Source: Oikopleura dioica (Eukaryota > Animalia > Chordata). From it: a stretch of 64,000 nt of DNA. Every line of letters begins with the position of its first letter. Position 1 is the first letter of the stretch. Location: assembly GCA_907165135.1 (NCBI GenBank), contig OU015567.1, forward strand, positions 2,108,001-2,172,000, given 5' to 3'. The position numbers and the translations under genes are program-made. The notes below the pieces were generated by a model. It saw nothing but the letters and a program-made list of their open reading frames with translations, was not told the origin of the DNA and searched no databases. Positions 53,598-64,000 of the stretch are shown one piece after another.

Positions 53598-54839
53598 TTA
53601 TTTCTTCTTCTTTTTCTTCTTGTTGTTCTTTTTCTTTGGCGCCTGTTTGGGTTCTTCCTTTGGTTTTGCTGCGGGTGGGGCTTTTTCTTGAACGGGTTCA
53701 GGGGTTGGTTGAGGAGCTGGTTCTGGAGCTGGTTCAGGAGAGGGATCATCAATTGGCTCAGGAGATGGCTCTTGGGTTTGTTCAGGAGTTGGTTTAGAAG
53801 CTGGCTCTGAATCTGGTTCTTTTGGTTCCTCAGCCGCTTCCTCAGAAGGCTCTGGAGTTTGCTCGGCAATTGGCTCTGAAGCTGCTTCAGGAGCTTGTTC
53901 TTCCGTCTGTTCAGGTTCAACAGCGGCTTCGATTGGTTCGGCAGTTTCCTCAACTTTTTGGTTCACTCCTTCTTGTTCTGGTTTTTGCTCTACCTCAACA
54001 ACTTCTCTTTCGGGTTGTTCTGGAAGAACTTCCTCAGCTGGGACTTCTTGCTGCTCGGCAACTGGTTCGGGAACGGCTTGTTCTTCAGTAACGTCCTGAG
54101 CTTGCTCAGGTTGTTGTTCGACGACTGGTTCAGGCTCTGGTTCCTTGACTGCTTCAGAGTTTTCGTCTTCAATAGGTTGAGCTTCTGCCTCAGTAATTGC
54201 CTCTTCAACTGGTTCGGATATTTCTTCAGGTCCTGGCTCTTCAGTCTTGACTTCTTCAACTTGAGGTTCGGGCTCGGGCTCAGCTGGCGGCTCATCTTCT
54301 TGCTTTGGTTCGGCAACTGATTCTTGTTGAGCTTCTTGAGCAGGAACAACGTCAACTCGGAGTTCTTGATATTCTTCTTTGGCATCGATTTCTCGCTCCT
54401 TTTCCGGCTCGGGAACTGGTTCGTCATCTGGCTTCTGAATCTCCGGAACTCGTTGTTCATTATCATTTTCGTCCTTGCTTTTCGCAACCTTCTTCGTTTT
54501 AGATCGAGATTGAATAGGGTCTTTCGAGTCTCGATCGGTGCAGATTTTGCGGATTGCTTCTGGAGTCTTCAACCATTTTTGAATCGGCCAGGAGATGTCG
54601 GAAGACTCAATGTAATAGAAATCAGGGTCGACACCGGCGGATTCGAAGGAACCTTTTTGAGTTTGAAAATAGGAGTCATAAAGTGATTTTTTCTTCTGTA
54701 AGTGAAGTTTTTTTTCAATTCGAAAATTCGATTGTGTTGAAATTCGACAGTTACACGGTAGACTACTATTTCGATAAACTCTTCCTTTAGGTAATGTCAC
54801 ATCTTGACCAGTAATAATTCTGATAAACAACTTCAGCAA
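53598..54839 (-). CDS. Glu/Pro/Gln-rich low-complexity protein with a poly-Lys C-terminus (true start probably in upstream exons)
   Basis: 1.24-kb open frame with EPE/EQ repeats ending KKKNNKKKKKKK*. Confidence 0.6.
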   Translation of the reverse strand: MLKLFIRIITGQDVTLPKGRVYRNSSLPCNCRISTQSNFRIEKKLHLQKKKSLYDSYFQTQKGSFESAGVDPDFYYIESSDISWPIQKWLKTPEAIRKICTDRDSKDPIQSRSKTKKVAKSKDENDNEQRVPEIQKPDDEPVPEPEKEREIDAKEEYQELRVDVVPAQEAQQESVAEPKQEDEPPAEPEPEPQVEEVKTEEPGPEEISEPVEEAITEAEAQPIEDENSEAVKEPEPEPVVEQQPEQAQDVTEEQAVPEPVAEQQEVPAEEVLPEQPEREVVEVEQKPEQEGVNQKVEETAEPIEAAVEPEQTEEQAPEAASEPIAEQTPEPSEEAAEEPKEPDSEPASKPTPEQTQEPSPEPIDDPSPEPAPEPAPQPTPEPVQEKAPPAAKPKEEPKQAPKKKNNKKKKKKK

Positions 54840-56035
54840 AATCAGCTCATCGCATGGGTCAAAAACGCCGTCAAAATTCTAAACCAGGGATGCTCAAAAA
54901 TCTTGACAAGCCGCAAATTTAAACAAACATGACTCAGCTCTTTTGAAAGACTAATGCTATTCTTGGAGGTGAAAACTCGTAAAAAAAGCTTGATAAAAAT
55001 AGGAAAATATCCCCGTTCCTTATTTTCATGGCGGATTCGCACCCTAATCCGTTGCATCTTTTTACTTATCGGGTTGTTTCTTTTGGGAATTGTCTCTGGA
55101 AGGCAGTTTTTTGCAATTTTTTCCGCGCTAGTAGCGAAACAAACCCGGCAGAAGGGCTTCGCGGGCCGCGGGCCACATCAGCTCAGAGCTTTTTTTCTCA
55201 GGACAATTGATTTCAGAATTCATCTAGAACATTTTTCATTAGCAATATAAAAATATTGATCTTTGTAAAAAGAATGCTATTTGATAAATGGCTTTTTCTG
55301 CTTGCGACTCATCCTTTTTAAGATCAAGTTTATGTTCTGGCGTTTTCTCAAGTCACGTTCATTCGGACAATTCGAACAGATGAATAAGGTCCATAAGGAT
55401 CTGTCAATATGATGCGATTAAATTGAATCAATACCTTTAACCATAATTATCATCTGAATATTAGGACTGCGAAAATCTTCTTCTTTGATCAGGAATTTGA
55501 AACAAACCAAGATTTCTTTTCTGAAAGTCCATTGATTACTATGAGAAACACTAGTTATAGTACCATAATCATACCGTAATAGTGTTCATTATAATATTAA
55601 ATATTTATTGATTCGTATAATTTATACGAATCAATAACGGTATTTATACGGTATAAACAAACCGCAAAATAATAATAAGCAAATCCCTAGTACACCAAAA
55701 GAATCTTTCTGAAAAACGATAAGAAATTAAATTCAAGTTGATTTATCAGCATTTGAAAAGTTTTATTCAAATTTTAAAACTCATCCCCGCGACATTTATC
55801 GTTTTCGATTTTCAGAGTCCAATTGGGCGCTGGAGTCGCATCAGTGAACTGAAGCGCGCGCCAGGGCGGGCTCGGGCCCGGTCACGTGGCGCTCCGACCC
55901 AGAGCGCTACTCTCCCTCTCTCGACATCCTCTCTCTCTCCAAAGCTCATTCATTCGAAAAAGTTGCCCCTTACAGGTCACATATCTTTTTCTCGAATCAT
56001 TCCTGTTTAACTTTTCAACCTTTTTTACCTGCAAT

Positions 56036-58214
<2,179 letters not shown>

Positions 58215-58714
58215 GCTCTGAGTGGCACTGCTAGAACTGCTTGCTAGTACAATTGTTTTTCTCTCAAACATGTCCTTTTTCCCCCTCTGATATTTGACAG
58301 ATACTTATGATGTGCTTACATGTTTGTTTTCAACTGGCTACTTCATCAAGTTTTTGTTCAATAAAATCATCCGCTAAAAATCATTCTAGAATTTATATTG
58401 TAGCAGTAACTTTATGATCTTTCCAAAACCACAATACTGAATAATTATTTTTGGATATAGATTTTGGCGACCAGTGTGAATTAATTTGACTGCATTAAAA
58501 AAGAAAAAAGGTTGACCAACTCGAATGTAACTTAAGTTTTTTAATATCTCTAAATCAGCGGGGCACTTGAATCCTCAAAAAGCCTCTCAACAAAAAGACC
58601 CCGTGCCTATTCATGCTTTACTTAATTCAAATCCATTCCAAGAAAATTCGCCCTGGAGGAAGAAACAGTTTCAAATCAGAGGCGAAAAACCTGGCTAGAA
58701 CTGCATTTTACAAA

Positions 58715-59201
58715 ATGAAGATTTTTTATGCACTTTTTCTTTTGATCTCCGCAGAGCCGCGGTTGAGAAGAGAGGATTGTGGTGGTTGGTGGTGTAAGAA
58801 TATGGCGGTTTTCGTAAGTCTATTTCTTAAAAGGAAAAAATAAGATTTCGAAGGGCAAAAATGTCGATTGGCTCGTGAAAAAAGGAGCTAAAGGAATCGA
58901 TGCTGCAGTAGAGACTGGTGAAAGAGCTGTTAAAACAGTTGGTGAAACGTTTTCTACCGGAGTTCAGTATTCAAAGGACAAGCTTGCTGAAGGAAGTAAA
59001 GCAATCTCCGAAGTCGGCTCTCAAACTGTCGAAGATGCAAAAAATACAATTATCGGAACAAACGGAGCCATCAAAAATGGAATGGAGCAAGGAATCATCT
59101 TCACAAATGGAGTTGTTTCAGAAGGAGTAGCGAAGATCAAGACCAAAGGTCAAGAAACTATCGACTATATTTCTTCCTGGTACTCGCAATTTTTCGGTTG
59201 A
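58715..59201 (+). CDS. Secreted protein with an RLRR site, a CGGWWC loop and nine 11-residue amphipathic repeats
   Basis: Exons 58715-58813 and 58854-59201 (40-nt GT-AG intron, phase 0). Signal peptide MKIFYALFLLISA. Confidence 0.75.
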
Positions 59202-59305
59202 AATAAACAGAGAGCAAAATTTTCGCGTCATTTAAATGTCTTTTTTTATAAAATTTATTTTCAGAAAGAAAATAAAATGATGATCAGAAAGTTCTTCCAT
59301 CGAAA

Positions 59306-59824
59306 TTAGCAGTTCATCTTGTCGTTGTAGAAGTTTCGGATCTTTCGGGCAGATCGGATGACCTGTCGGTAGACCTTGCCTCGTCCATCGCAAGCGTAGT
59401 TGCGTGCCCAGCTGTTGAGGGCGGCGTTTACCTGGCCGTTGAGCTTGCAGAAGTCGTTTTCATCGAAGACCTGGACGTCATCGGCGCTGTCCTCTCCACC
59501 GAAACCATTTTCTTCGTAGCAGCTTTCGCCGTTGCCGGAGTCTCGGGCTTTGCCGGCAGCTTTGTTGAATCGGGCGACGTATCGATCAGCCCAGTTAGCG
59601 TCTGGGAGAGATGCGGCGAGTCTCTGAAAGTTGGTTTTATCGAGATTCGACCATATTTTTTGCTACTTACATCGAAGTGGTACTGGATGACGTCAAGTCG
59701 GTCATTTGGGTCGAAAGGTTCAGCAGTAGTATACTCGTAGGAGTAGGCAGATGCGACGATCAAAGAAAAGAGCTAAAATAAAGAGTTATCTTCATCATTT
59801 TATCTTTTTGAAACATACCTTCAT
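59306..59824 (-). CDS. Small secreted 4-Cys helical protein, tandem copy A
   Basis: Three exons (MK|LFSLIVASAYS...FD|RLAASL...MNC*) joined by GT-AG introns. Confidence 0.85.
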
Positions 59825-60711
59825 TTTCTCGATTATTCTCAGATATTCTGATGAGTTTTAACGTATTTCTCCCGTTTTTATGCGCAATATGACCTGTTGC
59901 GACAGCTAGGTGGCGATGTTGTTTTACCAAGAGGTTATTCGTTATATCGCCGACGCGCGTAACAAAACGGATTTCGTACGAATAACAACAATCTTCAGAC
60001 TGCAGAAATTATCCTTGCATATTTTCTCAAGAAATAATAGTGCGAAAATAAGTAAAATCATCAATGAAGAGGGTCATCTTTTCAGTTTGAAAGTTTTTTT
60101 TCCGAATAGAAAACATATTTTTAGAATTATTCTATTTTAACCTCAGGGCAATTAAGGAGGTTGTTTAGGTCAAAGGTCGTCACGTGGTAAAAATGAAGGA
60201 TTTTTTTAAAAAGCTCTTCTCAAAAGTAAGACCTAGGATAGATCTTCAATTCTAGCCCTTAAGGACATTCTCACAATTTACAAGTGCAGAGGAATTCAAG
60301 CTCAAAGTAGGCCTGAGCGATTACTATACCCTTAATTTAGACTCGAAATTTTTGAATGATGCGAGGAACAATATTTTTTTCGCGGACAGATACGGTACCT
60401 TTCTTGGTAAAATTTTGGAACTTATGCAAAGGATAACCTCTTGCGAACTTATGAAAAGCATAAACAAACGAGTAAGGCCTTGTGAGTTGGCCCCATGTGC
60501 TAATAGCAACTTTTCAAGTTGTTGCTACTTGATTATTGGTCTGGACCCAAAGTGCAATTTGTCAGAGTCGGCAGCAGGAAACGATCCGGAATAAGACAAA
60601 GTATGATACAATTCATTTATGAAACAAAAAATAATATCGTAAGTGTTCTCGTTTCGTAATTTATTCTCAGAAAGAAAATAAATTAGTGACCAGAAAGTTC
60701 TTTTATCGAAA

Positions 60712-61231
60712 TTAGCAGCCCATCTTGTCGCTGTAGAATTTTTTGGCCTTTCGAGCGGATCGAATGACCTGTCGGTAGACCTTGCCTCGTCCGTCGCACG
60801 CGTAGTTTCGCGCCCAGCTGTTGAGGGCGGCGTTGACCTGCCCGTTGAGCTTGCAGAAGTCGGTTTCGTCGAAGACCTGGACGTCATCGGCGGTATCTTC
60901 CTTAGGGAAACCATTTTCTTCGTAGCAGCTTTCGCCGATGCCGGAGTCTCGGGCTTTGCCGGCAGCTTTGTTGAATCGGGCGACGTATCGGTCAGCCCAG
61001 TTAGCGTCTGGGAGAGATGCGGCGAGTCTCTTGAAATTAGTTTTATCGAGATTTCGACCATATTTTTTGCTACTTACATCGAAGTGGTATTGGATGACGT
61101 CAAGTCGGTCATTTGGGTCGAAGGGTTTTTCAGTAGTATACTCGTAAGAGTAGGCAGATGCGACGATCAAAGAAAAGAGCTTAAATAAAGAGTTATCTTC
61201 ATCATCGTATCTCTTTGAAACTTACCTTCAT
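60712..61231 (-). CDS. Small secreted 4-Cys helical protein, tandem copy B
   Basis: Same exon structure as copy A, ending YSDKMGC*. Confidence 0.85.
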
Positions 61232-61606
61232 TTTCTCGATTATTTTTAGATATTCTGATAAATTTTCACGAGATTCTCCGGTTTTTATGCGGAACATGAC
61301 CTGTTGCGACAGCTAGGTGGCGATATTGTTTTACGAAGAGGTTATTCGATATATCGCTGACGCGCGTAACAAAATGGATTTTGTGCGAATCACAACAATC
61401 TTCAGACGGCAGAAATTATGCCCGCTTATTTTCTTAAGAAATCATACCGCTAGGGCCGACGAGCAAAAAATCACTTCGAAGAACCCGTTGAGGTAAAGGC
61501 CTGAACCTTATAATAAAAAAGACGAAACTTTATTACGGTTTCTGTTTTCTGTATTTTCCATGACATGTTAGAAAGAGAGAAATTTTGAACTTGATTTTAT
61601 AGTTCT

Positions 61607-62518
61607 CTAGAGACTGTTGACATCATCATTGATAGTCGTTGCATCGTCGTCTGCTCCTTTGACTAGAAGAAATTCAACTCAGAGGTAGAAATTCTGTCTT
61701 TACCTAGGTTCAAAATTGCTTCAGCTTGAAGTTCCTCCAACTTATCTCCATTAATCGTCAAGCATGGTCGACAACCTTAATTTTTATTGTCTTCTGTATC
61801 TGAATTATGATTTTCGAACCTGCTGGGCAACAAGAAACCATGAACCAAATCAAGCATCGCAGCAAAAAAGAAATCATGATCGCCCAAAATCCAAAACCCA
61901 AATTTTCTGCGCCAAATGGATACTCAGCCAGTCGCAGGGTTTGCTGGATATACGCGGCGAATGTCAACTTATCCTGGCTTTCTCAGATTTAATGATCGGC
62001 AAATTATTTTCTTGAATAGCCATTCCAGAGCGCAGAGATGCAGGTAGACTTGGACAGTGATGATTGAGCTCATTTTAGCCCAATAAAACACCTAGATTGA
62101 ATAAACAAGAGATTTTTAAGTTATGAATTGCCTTCTTGAAACCACATTGAGCGAAACAGTAGACTGCGGCGACAATGTCAACGACCAGGGAAATAATAAG
62201 CAGTCCAAGAGGAACTCCAACTCCAATATCGTAATCAACTCGCGCATCAACTCGGTCGATCTCGGTCGGATTTGGTCGAGTCTATTCAGTTTTTCGACGA
62301 ATAATTTCTCCCTCGATTTTCTTTTATCAAAACTGTGCCTGAATGAAAATCAGCGTTTGTTTCTTCAACATTCCAGCGGAGAATTTTATGTTGATGTCAT
62401 AATCGGTCGTTAAATTTTTCGAATTGAGGACGTTCAAAAGCTCTTGGCTGAAATCTTCCTTCTTCGTCAAATTCTCCCCAGAGTACCAAAAGAACCCGAA
62501 AGCTCCAAAGCATGTCAT
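61607..62518 (-). CDS. Four-TM claudin/PMP22/clarin-superfamily-like protein (approximate model)
   Basis: TM1 ending GFFWY, long loop, TM VGVPLGLLIISLVVDIVAAVYC, later GFGFWAIMISFLLRCLIWF, acidic tail. The 5' end is uncertain. Confidence 0.5.
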
Positions 62519-62816
62519 GATCGTTGCGATCCTAATAATGGCTTTTTCGCGCTCTAGAATGCTTATAACTTACGCTAGGGGGATGAAAACCCCTGTATTC
62601 ACAATCATTATCTCTTTCTCTCTTCTTTTCAAAAACAATAATTCTGCCTCTCGCTTAAAATAAAAAATCGCCTCTGAGACTCAAAATCCGAATCAGAAGC
62701 TAATGATCTTCATACTCCACTGGAGCAGTTAATGAATAACACCTCCAGAGAGCATTCCTGAAAGGAGTCATAAAAAAATTCCCAAATTGATGTTGAAGTT
62801 GATGATTCAGTTTTTT

Positions 62817-64000
62817 TTATTCTTGTGGCAGTGGAATTCGTTTTTCTGATATTCTTTTGAAGAAGAGTTGTTTCGCGAAATCGTAGAACTCGACGTCCAA
62901 GGCATTGTCGCTCTAGAAAAGAGACCATAATGATAGCATTTATGATTTTGTATAAGAATTTTATGATTGGGCTAAAAGTCGAAGGAATATTCATACATGA
63001 AAGCCGCACTCATGAAACCTTAATACCCGATTTTCTTAGACATAGAATCAATCGGCCCATTACCTTTATTCTTTCAATAATATCATCGGGTATCTCGACA
63101 TCATCTTTGAATCTCTCCGTCTTTGTCTTGTGGTACTCCCAGTCTTCCGAAAACTTCAGCCTGAAAGTTGCTTCGAAGAGTTGCTGCGATTCTTTTTGAT
63201 ATTCAAGCATGCTGAAGAAGTCGATATTTTCAAGGTTTCTTTTTGCAGACTCGAGTAAGTGCCGGCCGAGATTTTGGTCTGGAACTCGCATGTCGTAGTT
63301 TTTGAAGCCTTCGTAGCATCCGATCGACTTTAAAGATCATTAAAACATTTATTGAACTGCTATGGACATCAATTCATTTCTACTTCGTATTAAGAATGTT
63401 TAGTTATCAACAAAATTATCCTTGAAAAGTAAATAAAAGATAAGAAAAAGTAAAAGAAATCACTTTTGATTTCTGCTTTATTTTTTCTAGAAGAAAATTT
63501 ACCTCGAGATCAGCAATCATCCTCGTCTGCCGATTAAACGCCATGTTCGTCTCACAAGCCATAAAATCTTCGAGTTCTACTCCCAGCCACTTTTCAGTCT
63601 GATAGCACTGGGGAATCGTGTTTCTCCTGGAGTCGCAGAGAAGATGTTGTCTTTGTTTAGGGATCATACATTTTTTAATTACTAAAACTAGTTCAAGGCG
63701 GATTTTCGGTGATGAAATCAAGGAAGAGCGCTCTCGTTTGAATGAACCCTTTCTACTCCAAGTGGCCCCACGCTGAACATGACGCCACTCAGATAAAAAT
63801 CGATCTATTGGGTCTCTCAGCGTCTAGAAACACTTTCAGTCGCGACCGGCAAAAATGTACTTACAGTTACATGAAACAGCTTTCTTCCTTCATACGAGGG
63901 GCCATCTAAAGATCGTAGCTTTCTTCTTGCGCAGTCCTTAAATCGGTTTTTAGGGAAAACACCTTGAATTGAACCTTCAAAGCGGTCCAATCAGGGTGCA
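62817..64000 (-). CDS. HS6ST: Heparan-sulfate 6-O-sulfotransferase-like, 5'-partial
   Basis: TLRDPIDRFLSEWRHVQRGATW, PQCY..EKW.GV.LEDFMAC..NMAFNRQTRMIADL, LLESAKRNL..IDFF..LEYQ..SQQLFEATF.LKF, NALDVEFYDFAKQLF. Confidence 0.92.

Larger units (their letters stand above)
59255..61420. repeat. Tandem segmental duplication (~750-bp block, ~1.4-kb period) covering gene, introns and promoter
   Basis: ~59255-60010 aligns with ~60660-61420 at high identity, including the upstream GACCTGTTGCGACAGCTAGGTGGCGAT block. Confidence 0.9.

Overview
Compact, AT-rich animal genomic DNA. Many 40-70 nt introns, some non-canonical splice sites, very short intergenic gaps and many small secreted proteins point to an appendicularian tunicate such as Oikopleura dioica; the species is an inference. 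Genes: (1) a very large, 5'-partial extracellular protein with mucin-like tracts, about 24 TSP1-like repeats and a C-terminal somatomedin-B plus catalytically dead papain-like (TINAG-like) module; (2) an ovo-like C2H2 factor; (3) a zf-CW+PWWP (ZCWPW1/2-like) gene; (4) a ZnT2-type zinc transporter; (5) a divergent TMBIM/lifeguard protein; (6) a possible TGF-beta-prodomain-only protein; (7) a Cys-rich secreted protein; (8) a divergent alpha-tubulin; (9) three members of a small 4-Cys secreted family; (10) a secreted 11-mer-repeat protein; (11) a claudin-like tetraspan; (12) a 5'-partial heparan-sulfate 6-O-sulfotransferase. Non-autonomous DNA transposons of several types are present: two hAT with 8-bp TSDs, a piggyBac-like element with TTAA, a Mutator-like element and another TTAA/TA MITE. 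One hAT element carries a 20-copy GAA-hairpin/G-tract array. There is also an AP-1-site minisatellite with a 179-bp higher-order repeat. I recognised no transposase, CRISPR array, tRNA or rRNA. All exon structures were deduced by eye, so coordinates may be off by a few nt.
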